DNA from: Bdellovibrionales bacterium
GTDB lineage: Bacteria > Bdellovibrionota > Bdellovibrionia > Bdellovibrionales > UBA1609
Direction of reading: 5' to 3'
NCBI GenBank assembly: GCA_027317865.1
Contig: DAHVQG010000012.1
Span: forward strand, 1 to 64,000
Length of the DNA: 64,000 nt
In this document: piece after piece, positions 47,543-56,597 of the stretch
Layout: each line of letters begins with the position of its first letter
Position numbering within the stretch: the stretch's first letter is position 1
Position numbers and translations under genes: made by a program
The notes under the pieces: model-generated
Told to the model about the DNA's origin: nothing
What the model saw: only the letters and a program-made list of their open reading frames with translations
Databases searched by the model: none

Positions 47543-49879
47543 ATGCGGAACGTGCAAGAACCGTTTTTTAAAAAAACCGATCGCGTCCTTCTGGTGCTCT
47601 GCCTGCTCGGTCTGCTTTTAACCGGAGCCATTTTAAATTCTGAAAAGCTTTTTTATGTTTTGTTCGGCAATGGGCACAATTCCGCCACAACGGCGCAAAT
47701 CGGCCTAATCACCTTTTACAGCAACGACACCCGTTATAAATCTTTTGGGAGTTTGGCTTGGCAAAAAGCCGCCCCGCACGAAACCATCCACATCGGCGAC
47801 AGCGTTTTTACTTCGGCGAATTCCACCGCGACGGTCAAACTGAACAACGCAAACAACGTTACTCTTGGGCAAAACTCGATGGTTACGTTTGAATCGCTCA
47901 ATAACATCGAAGTTCCAAATTTTGCGGTCGGCAATTTTCAACTTAAAGTCAACGGCGGCATGACGGTGTCAATTGCGGGGCACGTGCGCGAGTTGCAAGG
48001 TACTAACGGCGAAGTACAAATTTATATCCGAAAGGGCCGCCCGGTTATTAGAAAACTAAAGGGTCATATACTCATTGGCGATCATAACGGATTTCAAAAT
48101 CTCAACACGCTCGCCATTCGAAGCCGGGTCCCAGCAAGCGAAAACGAGGACGCCATTCTTGAACTCTCGACGACCCCTGAAGTACACGTATGGCAAGTCT
48201 CTGATCTTTTTGCGCCGACCAATGGATCACCGTCGGGTGCCTATTCCGCAACTGCCGCGGCTCAAACGCTCGCCATCGGGTCGCCGATTCGATTGCGCAC
48301 AACTCCGCGCGCGTGGGTGAACCTTATGACGAACGTAAATTGGCTTCTTGTTGGGTCGCCAAAAAAAGTTTACGGCGAGCTTTCTGAAAATCAGAACTTT
48401 ACAGTGATCAAAGACGATTTTTCGGCAAACGCAGACGATTTACACGCTCAATTTCACGTTGCTCACATTGGCGAAAATTATGTTCATCTTTCCGTCGATC
48501 ACAAAAAATGGTCGGCCACTCAGTCGTTTCTCGTCAATGCCCGGTATCTTAACGAATCACCAAAGGTGAATGCATCAGGCCGGCATATTTATTTGTTTGG
48601 CCCATCCGCCGAAACCACTCTGACTTTTAGAGCTCCGCAACCGTCGACCAATAAACCGTTTCGTTCGTTTATTGTTGAAATGACAAAAGGGCCTCGTTTC
48701 TCACCGGCTCAGACTCGCGCGCTTTGGATCGCCGCTACAAGTTCAGGTACCGCCGAGCTTCGCTTTTACGTTCATCATCCCGGAATTTATTTTTTTCGCG
48801 CTCACGGCGTAAACGGTGATCAGCAACTTTCAGCGCCGTCAAACGTCGTCACTTTGATCGTGGAGCGTCCGGGTCTGCCCGCCGCGCCAATCCTGTCATC
48901 CAATGAAATTCGCATGAGCGCCGGTCAGTCTCGAATAGTGAGTTGGGCGCCGGTTAAATCCGCCAGTCGTTACCGAATCAACCTCGTAAACGCGGTAAAC
49001 GGACAAACCCATACAATCACACTCAATCAGCCGGATTTGCGACTGGCACCTAAAGAACCTGGAATTTATAATTTAAAAATTGCCTCAGTCGACCGCTTTG
49101 GACGGCCATCATCAAATCAGGCAAACGTCCGATTAATAGTCTCGCCGCAACCTTTAGTCGTTCAACAACTCGCTCAGCGTGCGCCTGCTTCAATAAATTC
49201 AATGTCCATGTCGTACGAACCGGGCTACGGCCAATATCGCAACGAAAATGTTTTTCGCTCTTACATCGATGCTGAAGCGGGCGAACTCACCATGTATTCA
49301 CGCGATTTAGCCGCCGTTAGCGGCCAGGTACCGACATCCACCGTGCTCGGCGTTCATTGGCTCAATTGGTTTGGCACCAACGGATTTGGCGGCGACGCAT
49401 TTTTAAAAGTTGCGAGCATTGCTCAGCCGGCCGGTTCATCAACGGGCAATAACGTTTCGCCTGTCGACGTCAGCGTTCGTTACGAACGCCGATGGCGGCC
49501 GACAATCAATTTATTTAGTTTCTTTAGCCCCATTCAACTAGCGCTCAACACGGGCATCGAAGTGTACAAAAACGAAACGACTGGCGGATATTACTCCCCC
49601 GGTTATACGCTCGCGGAACTCGGCGGTTCGATTGCTATACCTTTATTTGCAAAATGGGCCACTGGCGGCGATTTGATTTACGGTCAAAATTTCGATTCAA
49701 CAACCATGTACGAAGGCAATTTATTCGCCGATTATTTTTATCAAAAAAATTGGTCGCTCGGATTTGGTTATCGTATTAGACTGATGCAGGCTGGTTCAAC
49801 TTCTGAGGCTCCTACAACAACGCTCCCTTATCGCGAAGGAGCGAGCGAGGCCTACTCGGTGCTCAAATGGTATTACTAA
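47543..49879 (+). CDS. TM-FecR-FnIII/Ig repeats-C-terminal beta-barrel protein
   Basis: N-terminal TM. FecR-like W......IHIGDSVFTSANSTATVKL....VTLGQNSMV, FnIII-like VSWAPVKSASRYRINL / PGIY..ASVD..G, amphipathic C-terminal strands ending LKWYY. Confidence 0.8.
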   Translation: MRNVQEPFFKKTDRVLLVLCLLGLLLTGAILNSEKLFYVLFGNGHNSATTAQIGLITFYSNDTRYKSFGSLAWQKAAPHETIHIGDSVFTSANSTATVKLNNANNVTLGQNSMVTFESLNNIEVPNFAVGNFQLKVNGGMTVSIAGHVRELQGTNGEVQIYIRKGRPVIRKLKGHILIGDHNGFQNLNTLAIRSRVPASENEDAILELSTTPEVHVWQVSDLFAPTNGSPSGAYSATAAAQTLAIGSPIRLRTTPRAWVNLMTNVNWLLVGSPKKVYGELSENQNFTVIKDDFSANADDLHAQFHVAHIGENYVHLSVDHKKWSATQSFLVNARYLNESPKVNASGRHIYLFGPSAETTLTFRAPQPSTNKPFRSFIVEMTKGPRFSPAQTRALWIAATSSGTAELRFYVHHPGIYFFRAHGVNGDQQLSAPSNVVTLIVERPGLPAAPILSSNEIRMSAGQSRIVSWAPVKSASRYRINLVNAVNGQTHTITLNQPDLRLAPKEPGIYNLKIASVDRFGRPSSNQANVRLIVSPQPLVVQQLAQRAPASINSMSMSYEPGYGQYRNENVFRSYIDAEAGELTMYSRDLAAVSGQVPTSTVLGVHWLNWFGTNGFGGDAFLKVASIAQPAGSSTGNNVSPVDVSVRYERRWRPTINLFSFFSPIQLALNTGIEVYKNETTGGYYSPGYTLAELGGSIAIPLFAKWATGGDLIYGQNFDSTTMYEGNLFADYFYQKNWSLGFGYRIRLMQAGSTSEAPTTTLPYREGASEAYSVLKWYY

Positions 49880-51675
49880 AAAATTTATCTATCCGCTGGA
49901 AGCTCAGTCTTGCCCTCATCGTGTCAGGTCTCACACTCGTCTTGGCCTACGTTTATGTCGCTAAAAATGTTTTTGAGTCGGATAAAATTTCGTACGTGTT
50001 TGAAACGCAAAACTCGAGTGTTGAGTCGCTTAAACAAAACTTTACTGCACGATTTGAACACGTGCTCCAAAGCATGGAGTTTGTGACGGCAACCTACGAC
50101 CCGGCAATCGGCAAACCGACGGCCATCGGCATGGGAATTTTTAAATCCGAAAACGCCCTTGATGCCCTCGAACTTGTGAACGATCGAACCAAGCAAATTG
50201 TATTTAAACTAGAAAAGACTCCAGGCGATATCGCAGTTGGGGCGCAAAGCCAAATAAATGGCAATGAAACCAGTACGGCGGCTAGCCACACTCCCCGTCC
50301 GATGCTCGCAATCAAGCCGCTTCAGCACCATAAAATTCTCGTTAGTGAGCGCGTGTCGTCACCGAATCAACAGCATCTTCGCGTCAACGCCATTGTTGAT
50401 TTACAAAAGCTTTTGCCGCCCATCAGCCCTACTCACACCATAGCTCTTACTCAAAACGGCAAGTTATTTTACAAAATCGACTTTCGCGGCATCCCCTTGC
50501 CGACTTTTCAAACCATGGCCAAACACATTCGCAATTTGAAACTCGACACCACGTCGTTTTTTAAATCCGAAGGTAATGTTTATTTGGCATCGGCCGTTCC
50601 GCTGGGTATCGGCGGGTTGCAGGTTTTTGAACTTACACCTGAAAAAGAAGCGTTCGGCGCCCTGAATACGCTGTTTAACCGTTCGCTTGTTTTTCTTTTC
50701 TTTTCTTTTTTTGCGCTCGTGATAATTTCGCTTATTCTTTCTCGTAGTCTTACTTGGCGCTTGGGCAGCCTTACTACCGCCGCTGACCAAATCGGCCAAG
50801 GCAAATTCGATGTCGAAGAAAGCGACAATTCACGCGACGAAGTGGGCATTCTCACCCAAGCATTTGTCAAAATGTCTAAAGAGATTAAGCGGCTTCTCAG
50901 CGAAACGCGAGAAAAAGCCCGGATGGAAGAAGAGCTTAAAACCGCAAAGCTTGTGCAAGAACGTCTTTTACCGGAAAAGCCCACTAACATTGTGAATGAA
51001 ATTGAAATCAGCGGAACCGTGATTACGTCGAGCGAATGTGGAGGCGATTGGTGGTATTATTTTGTCAAAGGCGATTCACTTTATGTCGCCGTCGCCGATG
51101 CCACCGGGCACGGAACGCCCGCCGCGCTTATTACAGCTGCCGCGCGGGCCGTATTTTCACGTCTTGAAACTGAGCCACTGACGCTTGCTGAAATGGCCAT
51201 TGCGTGGGACCACGCCATTTCGAGCTGTTCAGGTAAACAAGTTTTGATGACCGGGCTTCTTTTGAAAGTCGACACAAAGACCGGCGAAGGCGCCGCAATA
51301 AACTGTTCGCACGAATTGCCTATGCTATTTCATCCGAATGATTCGGGAGTCGATTTTACGTCACTCGAAATCCCCGCGTGCGGCAGGCTCGGAGACGGCC
51401 TTAAGGAATTTATTCTTGAAGAACCGTTTCAGCTCGAAAGAGGCGACTACCTGCTGATCTATACCGACGGTTTATGGGCAATAGAGAATTCAAAGGGCCA
51501 GACTCTAAGTGACCGCCGTTTCGCCAAAAATATTAGGGCGCGTCTTGACGCCGATTTTTCTGCACCAAAAGCCATTAATCTGGTGGTCGATACATTCAAT
51601 AACTTTCGCGCCGATGGGCCCATCCCCGACGACTTTTCAGCGGTCGTAATTCGGCGCGTGAGCGCATCAAATTGA
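49867..51675 (+). CDS. Membrane sensor with HAMP + SpoIIE/PP2C phosphatase (RsbU-like)
   Basis: Two TMs, HAMP (LTTAADQIGQG..DEVGILTQAF), A..VQERLLP, GGDWW, VADATGHG..AAL, YTDGL, DDFS. Confidence 0.92.
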   Translation: MVLLKNLSIRWKLSLALIVSGLTLVLAYVYVAKNVFESDKISYVFETQNSSVESLKQNFTARFEHVLQSMEFVTATYDPAIGKPTAIGMGIFKSENALDALELVNDRTKQIVFKLEKTPGDIAVGAQSQINGNETSTAASHTPRPMLAIKPLQHHKILVSERVSSPNQQHLRVNAIVDLQKLLPPISPTHTIALTQNGKLFYKIDFRGIPLPTFQTMAKHIRNLKLDTTSFFKSEGNVYLASAVPLGIGGLQVFELTPEKEAFGALNTLFNRSLVFLFFSFFALVIISLILSRSLTWRLGSLTTAADQIGQGKFDVEESDNSRDEVGILTQAFVKMSKEIKRLLSETREKARMEEELKTAKLVQERLLPEKPTNIVNEIEISGTVITSSECGGDWWYYFVKGDSLYVAVADATGHGTPAALITAAARAVFSRLETEPLTLAEMAIAWDHAISSCSGKQVLMTGLLLKVDTKTGEGAAINCSHELPMLFHPNDSGVDFTSLEIPACGRLGDGLKEFILEEPFQLERGDYLLIYTDGLWAIENSKGQTLSDRRFAKNIRARLDADFSAPKAINLVVDTFNNFRADGPIPDDFSAVVIRRVSASN

Positions 51676-51730
51676 GAAACTCGCATTCAGCAAACTGTAG
51701 CCCTTTAATTACTCTTTACTCCTTACTGAC

Positions 51731-51758
51731 TTAAGTCCTGACGGGGCTACGCCGATAT
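51731..51758 (+). promoter_or_regulatory. Sigma28 (FliA)-type promoter
   Basis: TTAAG-N15-GCCGATAT, 6 nt before ATG 51765, no SD. Confidence 0.65.
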
Positions 51759-51764
51759 AGAACT

Positions 51765-52052
51765 ATGCGCCGGACAAAAGTTTTAATTTCATCAATTGCG
51801 CTCGCGTTAGCTATCTGCGGTTGCAGCAAGCAAATTCAAAACTTCGTGGGTACGGGCAACAGCAATCAACCATCCACAAGCCCCTCCAACCCGCAGACAA
51901 GTAACCCAATTCCAATGAAAATTTCGCCGGGTGCAAACATTCTAACGGGCACCCAAGTAGATACACAATTTGCGATCACCCCGACCGAGCAAACGCTTAC
52001 CGGCACACAGGTCGCAACGACTTTTAGTTTTTACCAAAACAGGCCGCAATAA
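51765..52052 (+). CDS. Small lipoprotein with duplicated LTGTQV motif
   Basis: Lipobox ICGC, S/N/P linker, (I/T)LTGTQV.T.F twice. Confidence 0.8.
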   Translation: MRRTKVLISSIALALAICGCSKQIQNFVGTGNSNQPSTSPSNPQTSNPIPMKISPGANILTGTQVDTQFAITPTEQTLTGTQVATTFSFYQNRPQ

Positions 52053-52124
52053 AAAACGGGCCGGTACGTTGAGACGACCAGCCCGTAAAATCTAAATTTT
52101 AATTATTAACCCGTTATTAACAGA

Positions 52125-52679
52125 TCAACCGTGATGTTCGTGCATTTCGTGATGTTCGTGCATCATATTGTGGTGCATTTGCATCATATGACGATGCTCC
52201 ATCATTTCATGATGCATGTGGTGCATGCGATCGTGATAGAGGTCATGGTGATCTTTTCGTACATCCATGTAATCTTTGTGAAGATCTTTGCGCGCGCCAC
52301 GAAGGGTCCCTAGCGATGATTTCAAATTTTCTCTGTCTTCGGCAAGTTGAGATTTGCTGGCATGGTGCCGGCGATCCATCATCAATTTTCTTCGGGCCAT
52401 TCTGACGCCTTTCAGATCCTTCACTAATTTCGCATGATCGGCGTGCATATCTCGGATGTCTTTTTTCAAATCTTTGCGATCCTTGGCTATATCTGACGCA
52501 TGACTTGAAGGTGTTGCAGGAGTAGCGGCTGTGCCGTTTCCGCCCGGTGTGGCAGGTGTGGCCGCGCTACCCGATTGTGCCAGTGCAAAACCGCCCACAA
52601 GAAACGCGGCGCAGATCATCGCGCCAAAAACTGATCGTACTGTTGTTTTCGAAGTTACTTTACTTATAACTTTTTTCAT
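52125..52679 (-). CDS. Periplasmic coiled-coil protein with His/Met-rich C-terminus
   Basis: Signal peptide ALA, AATPATP twice, heptad D..(D/K)..K repeats, tail HDRMHHMHHEMMEHRHMMQMHHNMMHEHHEMHEHHG. Confidence 0.85.
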   Translation of the reverse strand: MKKVISKVTSKTTVRSVFGAMICAAFLVGGFALAQSGSAATPATPGGNGTAATPATPSSHASDIAKDRKDLKKDIRDMHADHAKLVKDLKGVRMARRKLMMDRRHHASKSQLAEDRENLKSSLGTLRGARKDLHKDYMDVRKDHHDLYHDRMHHMHHEMMEHRHMMQMHHNMMHEHHEMHEHHG

Positions 52680-52820
52680 AAAAGTCCTTTCTGAGCTCCG
52701 ATGTTAAACTATTTGTCTAATAAACATGAGCTTACGTTATGTTCAGAATATGGTAGCGATCTTTACGAAAAAGACAATAGCCATGTTGACCGGCCCAAAA
52801 CTGTTCCATACCCTTTTAAA

Positions 52821-53876
52821 ATGCCAAACAATAAAATTCGACCTTCTTCATTTTCTATTGCCCTAGCTGCGACCCTCCTGGCCCTTATGTGTCAAACACC
52901 CAGGGTTCTCGCGGCTAACGCTAACAATACCAATACGACCGGCGATAACGCCACAAACAGTCAATTGCTCGAAGACTTTCTACCCGGCAATTCGCCAGGA
53001 GCAAACCATACCAGCCAAGCATCGTCTTCACGGCATAAATCCAAACCGCGTACGAACTCTCCTGACAGCGTTAACTTCAACTACTCGCTCGACAACGAGC
53101 ATGACACGGACGCGCACCTCGGCGGCGATGTGTATTTTGGCTCCAATACTCATTTCGGCATTTACGGCGAATCCTCAACAGAATCGGCAACATCTACAGG
53201 AACCGGCTCCTCGATGACCACCAAAACCTATGGTGTGACGCTCGGGACAAACTGGCGCAAACCTTTTTCAGTGGCCGTCTCACTCACTTCTTACGGGATC
53301 AAAGGTGATCTAACCGAGAACACGGTAAAAGTTCCGCTGAATTACAACCTTAATCGAAATTGGTCTTTTACGCTAAAGCCCGGAGCGGGTGCCATCCGGT
53401 TTGACGTTTATAATCCGCTTACCGGAAAGACAACTAACCCGGTGATCATCGACCAATCTATCGGGGGCGCTATTAATTATACGCTCGGCAATTGGCAATT
53501 CTACCTTTATGCCGAAGTACATGCTTTTAGCCGAAATCCAAAGGGTATCGGTAGCGGCAATCTTCGTCTTCATATTAAACCCTCAACGACACTCAAAAAT
53601 TTGGCCAGTGAGATTGTGCGAAACGCGCAAACTGCAAGCGCCATGTATTATTTCAACCGATTCGACTTGGGAGTTGAATTCGATCGAAGTCAGTCGGCCC
53701 TTGATAACAGTATTTCAAACACATGGACCCTCAACAACGACATTTACTGCACACGGCGTCTCACTATTTCGCCTTCTTTTGCGGCGACCACCACACCCGG
53801 AACAAACGTTTCAACTGGCCAACCTTACCCTGACACATATACTGGAACGGTGGGGATGACTTATACCTTCGATTGA
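52821..53876 (+). CDS. Putative outer-membrane beta-barrel protein
   Basis: Signal peptide (VLA), low-complexity linker, amphipathic strands, C-terminal GMTYTFD. Confidence 0.78.
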   Translation: MPNNKIRPSSFSIALAATLLALMCQTPRVLAANANNTNTTGDNATNSQLLEDFLPGNSPGANHTSQASSSRHKSKPRTNSPDSVNFNYSLDNEHDTDAHLGGDVYFGSNTHFGIYGESSTESATSTGTGSSMTTKTYGVTLGTNWRKPFSVAVSLTSYGIKGDLTENTVKVPLNYNLNRNWSFTLKPGAGAIRFDVYNPLTGKTTNPVIIDQSIGGAINYTLGNWQFYLYAEVHAFSRNPKGIGSGNLRLHIKPSTTLKNLASEIVRNAQTASAMYYFNRFDLGVEFDRSQSALDNSISNTWTLNNDIYCTRRLTISPSFAATTTPGTNVSTGQPYPDTYTGTVGMTYTFD

Positions 53877-56587
53877 GCGTCTTCGGGGCGCTCACGACTT
53901 GCAACGTCCAACGGTTTTTCGGTAAACGGCAATTCAATTGTAAAACAAGCGCCGCCTTCAGGGCGATTATGCACACGAACGCGGCCATTGTGAATTTCGG
54001 CGATATTCTTAACTATTGATAGCCCCAAACCCACTCCACCAGGTGGCGTACCCGGAGCGCGAAAGAATTTTTCAAAAACTTTGCCGAGCAAATTTTCAGG
54101 AATTCCCGGGCCGTTATCTTCAACTGAAATATCAACCATCTGGCCTTTTCGTTGCGCTGAAACCAAAATAGGCGTACCGGGTGGGCTGTATGTCGCCGCA
54201 TTCAATAAGAGGTTTGTGAGCGCGTGCTCCATCAATTTAAAATCCATTCGCACAAGCGGTAAATCGTCCGGCATCTTTACTGTTATACTGTGCTGACTCA
54301 AACTCTTTTCAAGTTTTTTCAGCGTGACGCTAACGACGTCGTGAAGGTCCTGCCACTGAAGATCGAGCGCCATGGCTCCGCTGCCAAGCCGGCTCATGTC
54401 CAAAAGATTCTCAATGACACGATTCAAACGGTAACCCGAATCGAGAAGCTGGCGAGCCAGCTCACGCACGTACGACGGATTTTTCGAATTCGCATCATCA
54501 TCAAGCGCCGATGCCGTACCCAAAATTGCGGTAAGCGGCGTTCGCATTTCGTGCGAAATAGAACTCAACAGCGTTTGATGTATTTTTTCAGACTCCTTTA
54601 AACGATCGGCTTCGCGAATACGTTTTTCAAAGAAGTGTCGCTCGAGCGAAATCGCAAGTTGGGTCGCGATCGAGTGAAGCATGTTTTCTTGCTCCAAACT
54701 CAATTTTCGCCGGCTTTTTGGTTGATAAACAATAACCCCAACATTGCGGTCCGGAGCTTTAAGCGGAACATAAAGTGCCTTTGCTTCAGACAACGTTTCA
54801 GTTGACCAACCCGCTTTTCGGCCAGAGTTAAACGCCCACGAAGCGACCGCTTGTTCCTTTTCAGACAAATGCGGTTGTGGCGAATACGGCTTAAATTCGT
54901 CCGTCATCAATTGACCGTCAGCCGACGCTACAATGATCGAACACGCCCCATCAAGCAGGCGGCCGACACGCGCGTTGATTTTTGACAAAAATTCGTCTTT
55001 GTTGCGGCTACCGGCGATATCTTGCGAAATTTCAAATAGCGTATTCGTGCGATCTTCGCGCTCACGCAAAATACGTTCGTGCGAACGGATGCGGCTGGTG
55101 AGAAAACCGGTTACAACCGCCGAAATAAGGTAAATTAAAATTAATATCGCATCGGCCGGCTCTTTAATAGTAAGCACGAACTTCGGCGGAATGAAAAAAT
55201 AATCCCAGATAAACGCGCTGAGAACTGCAACGAAAAGTGTCGGGCCGATCGTCGAAAATAACCCCACCCCCAAAACACCGAGAAGAAATATAAAACCGAC
55301 AGCCAAATAACCAATGAGAGAACTGAGTAGTCCACAGGTGATCGAAAGGCCTGCTAAAAACAAAAAGATGTTCCAGTAAGTGATTGGCTTCGTGAAATGT
55401 TCGATCTTCGTTAAAAACGGCGGCCGGTATTTCGGTTTTCCGTCTTGACGAATAACGTGTACGTCGACTTCGACACTTTCTCGCACCAATCGATCGAGGA
55501 GGGTACCGCCTTCGAGCACATCCCAAACCCATCTTTTCGCCGGTCGCCCCACCACGATCTGCGTGACGTTTTTTTGCCGCGCTATTCGCCGAAGTGCTGT
55601 CGGGACATCCGTATCTGTGGTCGTTATGACTTCGGCATTCAATTCTCGCGCCAGTTCGATATTTTTTACCAACTGCGCCTGATCTTCATCGCTCAAGGTA
55701 ATTCCGGTGTCGATGTGAACTGCGACCCAAGGAGCCTCTAAATTGTACGCGAGTCTTCGTGTCGCTCGAATCAGCTTTTCAGAATACGGGCTGTGGCTAA
55801 CCGCGACCATGAGTCGTTCATTGGTCTGCCAGGGCCCCGAGGTTTGGCGCAGGTCCGGAAACTGTTGCAATTCTTGATCGACCCGCTCAGCAGTTACGCG
55901 AAGAGCGATTTCACGAAGTGCTGTAAGACTATCGGGTTTGAAAAAATGCCGAGCCGCCTGTTCGGCCTTTTCGCCGAGGTAAACCTTGCCTTCTTTGAGC
56001 CGCCGCAACAATTGCGCGGGCGTAATATCGATCAGTTCAATTTGCGTCGCTCGCTCAAGAATCGAATCAGGAACGGTTTCACGAATGGCAACGCCCGTGA
56101 TTTGTTCCACAAGGTCTTTGCGACTTTCTAAGTGCTGAACATTAACTGTCGTATAAACTTCAATGCCTGCGGCAAGAAGTTCAAGTACATCTTGATATCG
56201 TTTTTGATGGCGCGAACCGGGCGCATTCGTGTGCGCGAGTTCATCCACAAGTACCAACTGAGGTTTGCGCGCAATAATGGCGTCAAGGTCCATTTCTTTT
56301 ATCGCAACGCCCTTGTACATGATTTCTTTTCTTGGAATGAGCGGCAATAATTCGGCAAGGGCCATTGTCTCGGAGCGCCCGTGCGTTTCAACGACGCCGA
56401 TGACGACATCCGCACCATCGCGGGCTCGCTCAAGAGCGGCGCGAAGCATGGCATAGGTCTTACCGACACCAGCCGACATACCTAGAAAAATTCGCAGAGG
56501 CGAGACAGTCGCCTTCTGTTCTTCTTCGCTGATAGCTTGAAGGAGTGCGTCCGGGTCTGGCCGGCCGTCTTCTCTAGTTGGGCTCAT
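53861..56587 (-). CDS. kdpD: K+-sensing histidine kinase
   Basis: GMSAGVGKTYAML, LVDELAHTN, Usp domain, 4 TM, GAF, SHEMRTPL, HATPase. Confidence 0.97.
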   Translation of the reverse strand: MSPTREDGRPDPDALLQAISEEEQKATVSPLRIFLGMSAGVGKTYAMLRAALERARDGADVVIGVVETHGRSETMALAELLPLIPRKEIMYKGVAIKEMDLDAIIARKPQLVLVDELAHTNAPGSRHQKRYQDVLELLAAGIEVYTTVNVQHLESRKDLVEQITGVAIRETVPDSILERATQIELIDITPAQLLRRLKEGKVYLGEKAEQAARHFFKPDSLTALREIALRVTAERVDQELQQFPDLRQTSGPWQTNERLMVAVSHSPYSEKLIRATRRLAYNLEAPWVAVHIDTGITLSDEDQAQLVKNIELARELNAEVITTTDTDVPTALRRIARQKNVTQIVVGRPAKRWVWDVLEGGTLLDRLVRESVEVDVHVIRQDGKPKYRPPFLTKIEHFTKPITYWNIFLFLAGLSITCGLLSSLIGYLAVGFIFLLGVLGVGLFSTIGPTLFVAVLSAFIWDYFFIPPKFVLTIKEPADAILILIYLISAVVTGFLTSRIRSHERILREREDRTNTLFEISQDIAGSRNKDEFLSKINARVGRLLDGACSIIVASADGQLMTDEFKPYSPQPHLSEKEQAVASWAFNSGRKAGWSTETLSEAKALYVPLKAPDRNVGVIVYQPKSRRKLSLEQENMLHSIATQLAISLERHFFEKRIREADRLKESEKIHQTLLSSISHEMRTPLTAILGTASALDDDANSKNPSYVRELARQLLDSGYRLNRVIENLLDMSRLGSGAMALDLQWQDLHDVVSVTLKKLEKSLSQHSITVKMPDDLPLVRMDFKLMEHALTNLLLNAATYSPPGTPILVSAQRKGQMVDISVEDNGPGIPENLLGKVFEKFFRAPGTPPGGVGLGLSIVKNIAEIHNGRVRVHNRPEGGACFTIELPFTEKPLDVASRERPEDAQSKV

Positions 56588-56597
56588 TTAAATCTTT

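Noticed and set aside
51977-51986. CACCCCGACC matching the tRNA-Pro 3' end as a possible att site closing a 28-kb island
   Set aside because: It is only 10 bp, lies inside a coding sequence, and no integrase is near tRNA-Pro, so chance is a sufficient explanation. The 24-54 kb region is therefore not called a mobile island.
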